Positions 1 through 9,932 are shown, counted from the first letter of the stretch. The stretch is DNA of 64,000 bases from a bacterium (GCA_024641325.1 JAHEDJ010000001.1:23594-87593), one strand, 5' to 3'. The notes: generated by a model from the letters alone, not told the origin. Translations and numbers: made by a program.

Positions 1-645
1 TATCCCCACACGACCGCTACGGAGGTGTCGGATAGCGAGCCTCCCAGTATCACCGTTGGGCTCACGCCGGCGGCAGTCGGTGGGGCGCTCGCATCCGCTC
101 TCACGATCAGCTTCGGGGCGCCACCTGCGATATCGGCCATGAGCAGTGTGTCGGGATCTACTCCCTCTGCGCCTTCGAGAAACAACAGAGTGGTTCGGCC
201 GTCCACCTCTTCGACGTCCAGCAGACGGATCTCTCGCTCCCACTCCGCGAAGAGAACCACCTCGGGTGAAGAAGTGCCTGCGGCGATGTGGAGCACACTA
301 TGCGGTGGGAATTGTTCAGGAGTGGTCTGGTATTGGTAGACGAGGCCGCCGGAGAGATCATCGAACGCCACCGCCACGGGATAGTCGGCATCTCCGGGAA
401 GGTCGCGTGTCTGTCCGCTTTCGAACAGAGTTACTCCTCCGAGGCGCGCAACGATCAAAGAGACATTCCCTTGAACAGCGGGCGTCGTCGATGTGGGCTG
501 TGTGGTTGTGCTCGTTGTCTGTGGGGACACTCGAGTATCGGTCGTGGTGGACCCAACCGTGCTCGTCGTTGCACCCGTTGAACATGCGCTTGCGGCGACG
601 ACCACGGTTATGTAGAACGAGAGCTTCCTCATGACCTGAAATACG

Positions 646-2034
646 TCATCTGCCGATCGATCGTTCCCGACGGTAGAGCATCGCCTGTTCGTAGGCGACG
701 AGGTAGTGCTGAGCCGCCGCCCCCCACGAGAAGTCGGTCAGCATGCCGTTGCGCTGCAATCTCCGGTATTCGCCTCTCGACTGCCGGAATATCCGCATCG
801 CTCTGCGAACCGTCTTGATCAGCTCTTCGTGCCTGAAATCCCGGAAGCCGAATCCGGTGGCGTCGGCGGGGCTCTCGTCGAGATCGATGACCGTGTCGTT
901 CAAGCCTCCTGTGAGGCGTACGACCGGCGGCGCTCCGTAGCGCATCGCGTAGATCTGTCCGATTCCGCACGGTTCGAAACGTGAAGGCATCAAATAAAAA
1001 TCTGCTCCGGCAGAGACAACCCTGGAAAGTCGTTCCTCATACGGGGCGTGCCAGATGGCATGAGGATGACGTTCTACCCAACTATCGACCATCGGATTCA
1101 AGTCGCCGTCTCCCACCAGAACGAGGCGCAGGCCCTCACCAACCAGCAGGTCGATGGCCGGGGCGAGTAGGTGAAGGCCCTTCTGCTCGGCCATGCGGCC
1201 CACATTGCCGAACAAGATTCCATCGGCCAACCCTGCTTCGGCCAGAAGGGCCTGGCGAGTGGCCTTGCGCGGGTACGGCCGATTTGGTGTGAAAGGGGCG
1301 GTCACGGCGGTGTCGGTTCTGGGGTTCCATTCGTCTGGGTTGAGCCCGTTGACTATTCCGGCGACCGGATGAGGAAGAGCGCGGATAACACCGTCGAGGC
1401 CTCCCGAGATCGAGGCGTCTTCGGTCAACTGCCTGGCGAAGGAAGGGCTCACCGTCGTTACCCGATCGGAGGCGGCAATCCCGGCCTTCAAGAAGTTGGC
1501 CTGACCCCACCATTCCAGATTGGCTCCGGGGGCCGTGTGGCGGGAATCGACTCCGACCACGGCTGCGGTTTCTGCCAGAGGGCCGAAGATGCCGTAGGCC
1601 GAATTGTGGATGGTGAATACTGTTGGAGTCGGGTTATCGAGGGCTGCCGGGCCGGCATGAGCATCGTGCAGATGGACCACCTCGTAATCGTGAGAGATGG
1701 CTCGCACCGCCGCCGAGAATCCACCGAAGCGCAGCCACTGGTCGTCGTACCCTTCTCCGTGAGAATCTCCATAGATACCATCTCGGTCGAAGGCAGGAGG
1801 ATCATCCACCAGGATCACCTCGACACCACCGGTCTCGTGGCGGTAAGTTGTCCGGGCCGGACCGGCCGGTTCGCTTTCGACTCCCAGGGCCATCAGGTGG
1901 CGATAACGGGGGAGAGCCACAGACACATCGTGCCCGGCTTTCACCAGAGCTCCGGCGATGCCGGCAACTGCTTCACCAAGACCACCGGTCCTGACAAGCG
2001 GCGAGAATTCGGACGCGGCGAGCAGGATTTTCAT
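646..2034 (-). CDS. glgA: Glycogen/alpha-1,4-glucan synthase (GlgA-like glycosyltransferase)
   Basis: The 462-aa product starts MKILLAASEFSPLVRTGGLGEAVAG, matching the E. coli GlgA N-terminal KTGGL motif region. Its start overlaps the stop of the upstream GH57 gene, suggesting an operon. Confidence 0.78.
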   Translation of the reverse strand: MKILLAASEFSPLVRTGGLGEAVAGIAGALVKAGHDVSVALPRYRHLMALGVESEPAGPARTTYRHETGGVEVILVDDPPAFDRDGIYGDSHGEGYDDQWLRFGGFSAAVRAISHDYEVVHLHDAHAGPAALDNPTPTVFTIHNSAYGIFGPLAETAAVVGVDSRHTAPGANLEWWGQANFLKAGIAASDRVTTVSPSFARQLTEDASISGGLDGVIRALPHPVAGIVNGLNPDEWNPRTDTAVTAPFTPNRPYPRKATRQALLAEAGLADGILFGNVGRMAEQKGLHLLAPAIDLLVGEGLRLVLVGDGDLNPMVDSWVERHPHAIWHAPYEERLSRVVSAGADFYLMPSRFEPCGIGQIYAMRYGAPPVVRLTGGLNDTVIDLDESPADATGFGFRDFRHEELIKTVRRAMRIFRQSRGEYRRLQRNGMLTDFSWGAAAQHYLVAYEQAMLYRRERSIGR

Positions 2035-3911
2035 TCCGAACCGGCCTCGAGGACAGTTTGTGTATCGACCGGCGGCTCTTCAGCCACATCGAGAATCTCG
2101 ACCGTCATTCGATAGAGCCCCGACGTCGGACGTATCCAATGGGGCCACAACAATATTCCTTGCTGCAACTCTTCGTCTCCTGTTTCGTTGCGAATAGCGG
2201 TCGTGAGGGGGAGGACGAACAGCTCACCGGGGTGACGGAGCGCGATCAAGATTTCGTTCATCCGATCTTCGTGGCGGAATCTGAAGCGATGGCCGGAAAC
2301 GGCCATAGGCATATCGATAGTTTGCCATGCACCGCCGTCGACTCGTAAGGATCCTGCGTCTCGCCGCACCGCAACCGGGAACTCCGTTCCGAAGCGACAC
2401 TCCGGGAGGTCGTCGATCTCATAGGTGATGTCGAAGGAGCGGTTCTCTGCTCGCATCAACCGGCGAACCCGTCCGTCGTGGGAAGTCGAAACGATGGTCA
2501 CCGAGCCTTTGCCCTTTTCCACGTCTCCTGTTTCGAAGGGGTGCCCCAAGACCATATCGGGTTCCATCGACTCCAGGGCGCCAGGCGACGCATCGAGGGG
2601 GAGGGTTCTTGTCGTCAGCCACCGATGGGTTCGAGATGGGCTTTGATCGGTGTGGTAATCCTCGATATGGGCGGCGACGACATCCGCGACCATCCACATT
2701 GAGGGCTTGTCGTCGTAGTAGGCGAGTGCTCCGTCGTCGAGATCGAGCACCCACGACTGGTCGGGGAGTTCGACGTAGATCTCGTCGCGTCCGTCGGCGT
2801 CCCAGTCGAAACTATCTAGTTTCGCCCACGACCGACCTGATCGTTTCGCCTTGTCGACGACCATCCTGGAGGCAAGCAACCGTCGATGTGTCTCCGCACG
2901 CAGGTGCGGCAGATATAACCCCCCGAACGCTCCGTGCCAGTAGGAGTCGTTGCCCTGTCCGCGTAGTACCTCGGTGAGCGCTTCGGCAGGTGCCTTGTCG
3001 CGACTTGCCCGTTTAGAAGCGTTCAACATCTTGCGGTACAGGACGTCGGCTTCGGGGTACCGATCCAGAAAGTGCTCCCAGCGCCCGTCGGACCAGTCGG
3101 TCATCTCTTGGTAGGAACCAGGAGGCAGCGAAGTCCGCTCGGTCGCCGGGTGGTCGGCCAGGTGCCGTTCGAAGGTGGTCAAATCGACCCACTCGACGGC
3201 TTCCGCGGCGGTGAAGAATCGATCGAGCCAGCCGTCGGGACCGTAAACCCGCCGGCTGCTGCCCGGCCACAGCCCGTACTTCTCCCCGTCGTCGGCCAGC
3301 ACGGCCACCGCATCCGGGTTTGCCTCATGAAGGTGACGCAGGCTTTCAATCAGTGTCTCGGGGTCTTCTCGGGGAGCGGCGTAGCGTAGATCGACGGAAA
3401 TCGGATACGCAGTTATGAGCCTGTCGAGGTAGTGGACCAGGTAGTTGCGATCGAGGTGCTCGAGTCCTGCTCGTTCGAAGTGCACATCATCGAGCGGTAT
3501 TGCGTCGTAGCCTGCTTCAGCGAAGGTTTCGACCAGGGACGGCTCCCAAACCCGCTCGGGAACCCAGGCTGTGATTGGATCTTGAGAGAAGCGCTCGTTG
3601 ATCGCACCCCGCATCCGCTTCAAGTGCTCGATCCGATCGCGCGGAGGAATCGCCGGAAGGATCGGCTCGTACATCGCTCCGCCCATCCACTCGATTTGTT
3701 CATCCGATCCGGAGAGGACATCGAGCAACTCGGGTCTGTGGGTCTCCAGTTGTTCGAGAAGCGTTCCCGAATAGTGCACGTTGACCGAGATTCCCGGGTG
3801 GCGTTGAAGGACATCGAGGAACGGCAGGTAGGCGCGATCGATTGCCTGATCGAGAACGGTTTCTAGTTGTCCAAACGGCTGGTGGCAGTGAACTGCGAAT
3901 ATGAGCTGCAC
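2031..3911 (-). CDS. Glycoside hydrolase family 57 (alpha-glucan branching/4-alpha-glucanotransferase type)
   Basis: The 626-aa product starts MQLIFAVHCHQPFGQ, carrying the HCHQP motif typical of GH57. The gene is coupled to glgA. Confidence 0.72.
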   Translation of the reverse strand: MQLIFAVHCHQPFGQLETVLDQAIDRAYLPFLDVLQRHPGISVNVHYSGTLLEQLETHRPELLDVLSGSDEQIEWMGGAMYEPILPAIPPRDRIEHLKRMRGAINERFSQDPITAWVPERVWEPSLVETFAEAGYDAIPLDDVHFERAGLEHLDRNYLVHYLDRLITAYPISVDLRYAAPREDPETLIESLRHLHEANPDAVAVLADDGEKYGLWPGSSRRVYGPDGWLDRFFTAAEAVEWVDLTTFERHLADHPATERTSLPPGSYQEMTDWSDGRWEHFLDRYPEADVLYRKMLNASKRASRDKAPAEALTEVLRGQGNDSYWHGAFGGLYLPHLRAETHRRLLASRMVVDKAKRSGRSWAKLDSFDWDADGRDEIYVELPDQSWVLDLDDGALAYYDDKPSMWMVADVVAAHIEDYHTDQSPSRTHRWLTTRTLPLDASPGALESMEPDMVLGHPFETGDVEKGKGSVTIVSTSHDGRVRRLMRAENRSFDITYEIDDLPECRFGTEFPVAVRRDAGSLRVDGGAWQTIDMPMAVSGHRFRFRHEDRMNEILIALRHPGELFVLPLTTAIRNETGDEELQQGILLWPHWIRPTSGLYRMTVEILDVAEEPPVDTQTVLEAGSE

Positions 3912-3994
3912 GGTCTGGCTCCTCTTTCGTAGCCAAAGCTAGCCGGGTCATCGGGAGCCTACGACCGCGCCCGCAACCCCCCTACACTCTGCGG

Positions 3995-4285
3995 ATGCCC
4001 ATCGATATTGATATCGCTCATGTTGCGCGGCTCGCCCGGCTCGGGTTGAGCGACGCAGAGTTGTCCCACTACCAGGCCCAGCTTGCTGTGATCCTCGATC
4101 ATGCCGCTCGCGTGCAGGAAATCGATACAGAAGACGTCAAGCCAACCGCCCATCCTCTATCGATGGTGAACGCGTTTCGGCGCGACGAGGTGCGGCCGTC
4201 CCTCGACCGGACCGAGGTGCTCGAGCAGGCTCCAGAGCACGAAGACGGCTACTTTCGGGTTCCGCCGCACCTGGAGACGCAATGA
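3995..4285 (+). CDS. gatC: Asp-tRNA(Asn)/Glu-tRNA(Gln) amidotransferase subunit C
   Basis: The 96-aa product has a GatC-like sequence (DIAHVARLARLGLSDAEL). Its stop overlaps the gatA start (ATGA). Confidence 0.85.
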   Translation: MPIDIDIAHVARLARLGLSDAELSHYQAQLAVILDHAARVQEIDTEDVKPTAHPLSMVNAFRRDEVRPSLDRTEVLEQAPEHEDGYFRVPPHLETQ

Positions 4286-5745
4286 GCGAATACACCCTCT
4301 CCGGAGCCCGGACGGCCCTCCGCGATGGTTCAGTCTCTGCTCGGGAGTTGATCGACGCTGCATTGGACAGAGCAGCGAAAACCGAGGCCGAGCTCCATGC
4401 CTTTCTCACGCTCGATCACGACGGTGCTCGCCTGGCGGCCGACGCCGCCGACGCAGAGTTCGCAGCCGGTCGAGATGCCGGCCCTTTGCAGGGCATTCCG
4501 GTAGCCGTCAAGGACAACATGGTGACCAGAGGCATCGAGACGACCGCCGCTTCACAGATCCTCGCCGGCTACGTCCCGCCCTACGACGCCACCGCCGTGG
4601 CGAGACTCAAAGAACAGAACGCGGTGATTGTCGGCAAGACCAACATGGACGAGTTCGCTATGGGCTCATCGACTGAGAACTCCGCATTCGGATCGAGCCG
4701 CAACCCATGGCACACCGATCGAGTGCCAGGTGGATCGTCGGGGGGTTCGGCTATCGCCGTAGCGGCCGGTTCGGCGATAGTTGGACTGGGATCCGACACA
4801 GGCGGCTCGATCCGGCAGCCGGCGGCCCTGTGCGGAGTGGTCGGGATGAAGCCGACCTACGGTCTGGTGAGCCGGTACGGGCTGATCGCCTTTGCCTCGT
4901 CGCTCGATCAGATCGGTCCTCTCACCAGGACCGTCGAGGATTCCGTGACCGCTCTCGAAGCGCTGGCCGGCCACGATCCACTCGATGCGACTTCCTATCG
5001 GGGTGATCGGCCGGACTTCCGAACGGGACTCGATGGCGGCGTGGCGGGGCTCAGAATCGGCGTTGTGCGCGAGTTGAGCGGAGAGGGTTTCGACGCGGAT
5101 GTGGAGACCGCGTTCCGGCGTACCGTCGATCTGTTGAGTGAGGCAGGTGCCGAGATAGTCGAGGTTTCGCTGCCATCGATGGAAACGTCGCTGAGTGCCT
5201 ACTACCTCATCGCGCCCGCCGAGTGCTCGGCCAACCTCGCCCGGTTCGACGGTGTTCGTTATGGATCGCGCCACGACGGGGCGACGGTCGAGGAGATGAT
5301 GACCGCAACGAGGGCCGACGGATTCGGCCAGGAGGTCATACGCCGGATTCTGCTCGGCACGTATGCGTTATCGGCCGGTTACTACGACGCCTTCTACGGC
5401 CAGGCGCAGAAGGTGCGAACCCTCGTCATCCGCGATTTCGAATCCGCCTACCGCCGGGTTGATGCTCTGGTATCTCCGACCGCCCCAACCACGGCCTTTG
5501 AGATCGGCTCCAAGACTCAGGACCCGCTCTCGATGTACCTGTCCGATGTCTGCACGATCCCATCCAACTTGGCCGGCGATCCTGCGATCTCCGTGCCGGT
5601 CGGTTGCGACGGCGACGGATTGCCGATCGGATTCCAGATCATGGCCCCGGCGCTTGGTGAAGCCGTCATGTTCCGTGTTGCTCACACTGTTGAGCAGTTG
5701 GTGGGCTTCGAACAACGTCCTCCGATGCTGGAGGTTTGGGCATGA
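4282..5745 (+). CDS. gatA: Glu-tRNA(Gln) amidotransferase subunit A (amidase signature family)
   Basis: The 487-aa product carries the amidase signature GGSSGGSAIAVAAG and is colinear with GatA. Confidence 0.9.
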   Translation: MSEYTLSGARTALRDGSVSARELIDAALDRAAKTEAELHAFLTLDHDGARLAADAADAEFAAGRDAGPLQGIPVAVKDNMVTRGIETTAASQILAGYVPPYDATAVARLKEQNAVIVGKTNMDEFAMGSSTENSAFGSSRNPWHTDRVPGGSSGGSAIAVAAGSAIVGLGSDTGGSIRQPAALCGVVGMKPTYGLVSRYGLIAFASSLDQIGPLTRTVEDSVTALEALAGHDPLDATSYRGDRPDFRTGLDGGVAGLRIGVVRELSGEGFDADVETAFRRTVDLLSEAGAEIVEVSLPSMETSLSAYYLIAPAECSANLARFDGVRYGSRHDGATVEEMMTATRADGFGQEVIRRILLGTYALSAGYYDAFYGQAQKVRTLVIRDFESAYRRVDALVSPTAPTTAFEIGSKTQDPLSMYLSDVCTIPSNLAGDPAISVPVGCDGDGLPIGFQIMAPALGEAVMFRVAHTVEQLVGFEQRPPMLEVWA

Positions 5746-7190
5746 GTTGGGAACCTGTGATCGGGATCGAGGTCCATGTTGAATTGAAGACCAACTCGAA
5801 GATGTTCTGCGGGTGTCGGGCCGACTTCGGCGCAGCCCCCAACACGAACATATGTCCGGTGTGCCTGGCTTTGCCGGGAGCGCTTCCGGTTCCCAACGAA
5901 CAGGCAATCGAGTGGATCGTGCGGATCGGCCTCGCCCTGAATTGCACGATTGCTCCCGAGAGCATCTTCCATCGGAAGAACTACTTCTACGCGGATCTGC
6001 CGAAGAACTACCAGATCTCGCAGTACGACCAGCCGGTGTGCACGACCGGGCATCTCGACGTCGATCTGGACGGCGAGACGACCCGGGTGGCAATCAACCG
6101 TGTGCATCAGGAAGAGGACACCGGCAAGAGCATCCACGTGGGTGGAGGGGGCCGCATTCATTCCGCCGAGGCGACCCTGCTCGACTTCAATCGAGCCGGG
6201 GTGCCGTTGGTCGAGATCGTGAGTGAACCCGACATCCACAGTCCTGCACAAGCCCGCGCATATGCCCAGCAGCTGCGTTCCCTTGTGGAGAGCCTCGGCG
6301 TTTCTGACGCGAAACTCGAGGAAGGCTCTATGCGGTTCGACGCCAACGTTTCGATCAGGCCAACGGGCGACGAGGAGCTCGGAGCGAAGGTCGAGGTCAA
6401 GAACATGAACTCTTTCCGGTCGCTCGAACGAGCGCTGGCCTATGAGATTGATCGCCAGACCGAAGTCCGGGAGTCCGGTCGGCGAATTCCACAGGAGACA
6501 CGCCACTGGGATGAAGCGGCCGGCATTACCCAAAGCATGCGTTCGAAGGAAGGCTCCTCGGACTATCGCTACTTCGCCGAGCCCGACCTTGTTCCAATCG
6601 TCATTTCGGAGGAGAGGCGCGAGGAGATCCGCGCGACACTGCCGGAGTTACCCCACGAGCGTATCGCCAGGTATGTCGAGTCCGGGTTGGACCCGCACGC
6701 TGCTTCCGTGTTGGTGTCGGGTGAGATGGGTTTGGGAGCCCTCTTTGAAGAAGCCGTCCAAAACGGCGCCGATCCGAAACAGGTTGCCAACTGGTTGACC
6801 GGCGAAACAACCGCCTACCTGCGCAAACGGGAAACAACGATCGAGCGCACCGCGCTGACCGCTGCTCATCTTGTGCAGATGACGGGAATGTTGACCGAGG
6901 GAAGGCTGTCTTCATCAGCTGCCAAAGACGTACTGGCCGGTGTTCTCGAGGGCGAGGGGTCGCCCGAGGATGTGGCAGCCGCCAGAGACCTCATCCAGAT
7001 GTCGGATACCGGGGCCATCGAATCTGCGGTCGATAGCGTGCTGGCGTCGAATCCGGATGCGTTGGAGAAGCTCCGTGGAGGCGACATGAAACCATTCGGG
7101 TTCCTGGTGGGACAAGTGATGCGTGCCACCGGAGGCAAAGCCGACCCGAAAGTCGTCAACGAAATTCTGCGGGATCGGGCGGCCCGATGA
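5742..7190 (+). CDS. gatB: Asp-tRNA(Asn)/Glu-tRNA(Gln) amidotransferase subunit B
   Basis: The product MSWEPVIGIEVHVELKTNSKMFCGC matches the GatB N-terminus. I prefer the ATG at 5742 over the TTG at 5736 used by the ORF track. The gene overlaps the gatA stop. Confidence 0.9.
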   Translation: MSWEPVIGIEVHVELKTNSKMFCGCRADFGAAPNTNICPVCLALPGALPVPNEQAIEWIVRIGLALNCTIAPESIFHRKNYFYADLPKNYQISQYDQPVCTTGHLDVDLDGETTRVAINRVHQEEDTGKSIHVGGGGRIHSAEATLLDFNRAGVPLVEIVSEPDIHSPAQARAYAQQLRSLVESLGVSDAKLEEGSMRFDANVSIRPTGDEELGAKVEVKNMNSFRSLERALAYEIDRQTEVRESGRRIPQETRHWDEAAGITQSMRSKEGSSDYRYFAEPDLVPIVISEERREEIRATLPELPHERIARYVESGLDPHAASVLVSGEMGLGALFEEAVQNGADPKQVANWLTGETTAYLRKRETTIERTALTAAHLVQMTGMLTEGRLSSSAAKDVLAGVLEGEGSPEDVAAARDLIQMSDTGAIESAVDSVLASNPDALEKLRGGDMKPFGFLVGQVMRATGGKADPKVVNEILRDRAAR

Positions 7191-7816
7191 GCCGCCCGAT
7201 CATCTTCGACTGTGATGGCGTGCTGGTGGATTCGGAGGAGCTCGCCTGGTCGGCCTGGCGGGAGGCTCTCGCCCCCCACGGCCTGGAGATACTCGATGAA
7301 GAGATTGCCGCGCTTTCGGGCCGGACGGAAGTAGATGCTTTCCGCCACTTTGCCGAGCGAGGCGATATACCTCCCTATGAGGAGTTCTGGCCGCTCCTCG
7401 CAGATCGTGTGCATGCGCTGTTCGAGCAGTATCTCGAAGCATTCGAAGATGCGGCAGACACGCTGGAGGTACTCCATGCGCAAGGTCGCTCGATCGCGGT
7501 GGCCTCGAGCAGTCCGAGAGAACGCCTCAACCTATCGTTGCGGTCGACCGGCTTGGACCGCTTCTTCGACGTTGTCGTTGCCGGTGATGAGGTGACCACC
7601 GGCAAACCGGCCCCCGACATCTATCTCGCGGCTGCAGCCGGCCTGGGTGTTGACCCGCGAGATTGTGTTGCGGTCGAGGATGCTCCGGCCGGGATAGCCG
7701 CTGGGAAGGCTGCCGGTATGCGGGTGGTAGCGGTGTTGCGGGGCGGGTACGCCCCCGACCAGTTGAGTGAAGCAGACCTGATCGTGCCCCGACTCACCCC
7801 CGCGGCGCTTGTGTAG
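7187..7816 (+). CDS. HAD-superfamily hydrolase (beta-phosphoglucomutase-like subfamily IA)
   Basis: The product starts IIFDCDGVLVDSEELA, which is HAD motif I, and has the later motif VAVEDAPAGIAAGKAAGM. Its start overlaps the gatB stop (ATGA). Confidence 0.7.
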   Translation: MSRPIIFDCDGVLVDSEELAWSAWREALAPHGLEILDEEIAALSGRTEVDAFRHFAERGDIPPYEEFWPLLADRVHALFEQYLEAFEDAADTLEVLHAQGRSIAVASSSPRERLNLSLRSTGLDRFFDVVVAGDEVTTGKPAPDIYLAAAAGLGVDPRDCVAVEDAPAGIAAGKAAGMRVVAVLRGGYAPDQLSEADLIVPRLTPAALV

Positions 7817-7829
7817 CGCGCGTTGGCGA

Positions 7830-7980
7830 TAGGCCGTAAGCAGTGGGCCACAAGCCTTAGGCCGTAAGCAGCGGGCATTTGGCGATTGGGGATTGGCGAT
7901 TGGCTCCCGGTTGAAGCCGTTGGTCGTGAGCCCTGGCCATAGGCTTTAGGCCATAGGCTTTAGGCCATAGGCCATAGGCT
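7830..7980. repeat. Cluster of short direct/tandem repeats (2x TAGGCCGTAAGCAG[T/C]GGGC; 2-3x GGCGATTGG; 3-4x GGCCATAGGCT[TTA])
   Basis: The repeats are directly visible in the intergenic sequence between the HAD gene and the small ORF/tupB. GTAAGCAG in the first repeat is the reverse complement of the heptamer-array unit downstream. Confidence 0.8.
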
Positions 7981-7987
7981 CAGTCAC

Positions 7988-8085
7988 TGCTTACTGCTTA
8001 CTGCTTACTGCTTACTGCTTACTGCTTACTGCTTACTGCTTACTGCTTACTGCTTACTGCTTACTGCTTACTGCCTACTGCTTAC
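7988..8085. repeat. Heptanucleotide microsatellite (TGCTTAC)x14 (13 perfect units plus one TGCCTAC variant)
   Basis: There are 98 nt of perfect 7-nt tandem repeats. The tract ends about 20 nt upstream of the small ORF start at 8107. Confidence 0.95.
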
Positions 8086-8106
8086 CGCTCACGCTAACCT
8101 CCCCCC

Positions 8107-8244
8107 ATGGAAAACCTCTCGCTGTACATCGGCATCGCGGCGGCTGCTCTCGTCGGGTGGTGGATCTTCAGGAAGCTGTTCAAGCTGGCGCTTTATGCCG
8201 GGATCATCGGCGTCGCTGCCTGGTTCTTCTACTTCCAATCTTGA
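8107..8244 (+). CDS. Small hydrophobic membrane peptide (45 aa, two predicted TM helices)
   Basis: The product is [45 protein letters not shown]. Codon usage has high GC3, consistent with coding. The stop lies 4 nt before the tupB ATG. There is no clear SD sequence, and the ORF is not in the track because it is under 60 aa. Confidence 0.4.
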   Translation: MENLSLYIGIAAAALVGWWIFRKLFKLALYAGIIGVAAWFFYFQS

Positions 8245-8248
8245 TCGT

Positions 8249-8950
8249 ATGGACTTCCTCTTTGAGGTCGTCGGCGATGCGCTGAGTTCGCTTGCCGGTT
8301 TCGGAGGCGAGCTCCGGCGGGTAATCGGACTGACCCTGGTCGTGTCGTTGCTGGCGACCGCAATGGGAGTGACCATCGGTGTCCCGCTCGGCGCTTGGAT
8401 TGGTTTGGGTCGGACCCGGGTTCGAACGGCGTGGTTGGTGGCCGTCAACATCGGTATGGGTATGCCGCCGGTCGTGGCCGGCCTGGCATTGCTCTTGTTG
8501 ATCTGGGACACCGGGCCGCTTGGCGGACTCGGTCTGCTTTTCACTCCGAGCGCAATGGTGGCCGCGCAGACGCTTCTGGCAATCCCCATCGCGGCGGGCG
8601 TGACCGCTGGTGCGATAAAGGGCCTTCCGTCGTCGGCTTCAGAGCAATTGGCGGCATTGTCCCTGTCCGGATGGCAGCGCGGCCGGGTGGTTCTGGTCGA
8701 GGTCTGGCCCGGCGTGCTGGCGGCCGTAGCTGCCGCCTTCGGCCGTGTCTCTTCTGAGGTTGGGGCAGTGCTGGTGGTGGGTGGCAACATCGTAGGAGAG
8801 ACCCGTGTGCTCACGACTGCGATTGTGCAGGAGACTCGCCAGGCCAACTTCGGAGATGCGCTGGCACTCGCCATCGTATTGATCGTGCTGGCGGCCATCA
8901 TCAACGGATTCCTCACCTGGATGCAACTCAGGGATACTCGCCGTGCGTGA
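8249..8950 (+). CDS. tupB: ABC transporter permease (tungstate/molybdate-type, TupB-like)
   Basis: The product is polytopic. The start MDFLFEVVG is preferred over the upstream GTG/TTG. Gene order is permease-ATPase-SBP, and the SBP carries a TupA-like motif. Confidence 0.6.
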   Translation: MDFLFEVVGDALSSLAGFGGELRRVIGLTLVVSLLATAMGVTIGVPLGAWIGLGRTRVRTAWLVAVNIGMGMPPVVAGLALLLLIWDTGPLGGLGLLFTPSAMVAAQTLLAIPIAAGVTAGAIKGLPSSASEQLAALSLSGWQRGRVVLVEVWPGVLAAVAAAFGRVSSEVGAVLVVGGNIVGETRVLTTAIVQETRQANFGDALALAIVLIVLAAIINGFLTWMQLRDTRRA

Positions 8951-9932
8951 GAAGCTCGATCTGCGCTTTCCAGCCGACGGTTCCGTTCTTTCCATCCAGG
9001 GCCTCGAAATCCGGCCGGGCGATCGGCTGGTCGTCTTTGGACCCAATGGTTCGGGGAAGTCGACGCTGCTCCGGCTCATGGCCGGGACACTGTCGGGAGG
9101 GCCCGCACTCGACTCGACCTACCTACCGCAGCATCCGTATCTGTTTCGGGGAAGTGCCGGATTCAATATGGGCCTTGGCCTGACGACCGAAGAGGCGGTA
9201 AGAGCTCGGTATTTGGCCGATCGGATCGGAGTGGGCGACCTTCTCGAATACGAGGCTTCCTCGTTGAGCGGCGGTGAAGCGCAACGACTGACCCTTGCCA
9301 GGGCCCTGGCGAAACGTCGGCCATGGGTGTTGCTCGACGAACCGCTGTCGGCGCAGGACGAGCGTGATCGATTCGAAATTGCAGCTCTGATAAACAGCGA
9401 GATCGGCGATCGGGGGGCGGTGATCATCACCCACGATCGACAGGAGGCAGCCTTCCTCGGCAATCGGATGGCGGTACTGGTCGGCGGGCGAGTACTCCAG
9501 GAAGGACCGGTGGGCGAGGTGTTCTCGCTTCCGGCAAGTGATGAGGTGGCCGCGGCCGTCGGTATCGGCAATGTCATCGACGGTGAGGCCGTCGACGGCG
9601 AGGGCCCTCTGACTGCGCTTCGAGCAGGGGAGATGACCATCTGGGGAGTGGGCGACGTGAATCGTGGGCAACCCGCCCGGGCCGTATTCGGGGCAGAGGC
9701 GGTGACGCTGTTCCGGGGCCGTGAGGGAGCGGCAGGCAGTGCACGCAACCGGTGGGTCGGTACGGTGACTGAGTTTCGTGATCTCGGCAGATTGGTGGAG
9801 GTTGTTATCGATGTCGGCAGCCGGGTCGTTGCTTTGGTCACACCAGGTTCGCAGGAGGTGCTCCAACTCGGGCCCGGTGCCAAAGTCACTCTGACGGTGA
9901 AAGCGACTGCAGTGAGAGTCAACCTGAGGTGA
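8943..9932 (+). CDS. tupC: ABC transporter ATP-binding protein with C-terminal TOBE domain (TupC/ModC-like)
   Basis: The product has a Walker A motif GPNGSGKST and the signature LSGGEAQR. A C-terminal roughly 70-aa TOBE-like domain is present. The GTG start overlaps the tupB stop. Confidence 0.6.
   Translation: MREKLDLRFPADGSVLSIQGLEIRPGDRLVVFGPNGSGKSTLLRLMAGTLSGGPALDSTYLPQHPYLFRGSAGFNMGLGLTTEEAVRARYLADRIGVGDLLEYEASSLSGGEAQRLTLARALAKRRPWVLLDEPLSAQDERDRFEIAALINSEIGDRGAVIITHDRQEAAFLGNRMAVLVGGRVLQEGPVGEVFSLPASDEVAAAVGIGNVIDGEAVDGEGPLTALRAGEMTIWGVGDVNRGQPARAVFGAEAVTLFRGREGAAGSARNRWVGTVTEFRDLGRLVEVVIDVGSRVVALVTPGSQEVLQLGPGAKVTLTVKATAVRVNLR

Noticed and set aside
5682-6533. 283-aa minus-strand ORF
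   Set aside because: It is antisense to gatB.
7988-8085. Possible CRISPR array
   Set aside because: The units are 7 nt with no spacers. This is a simple microsatellite, not repeat-spacer architecture.
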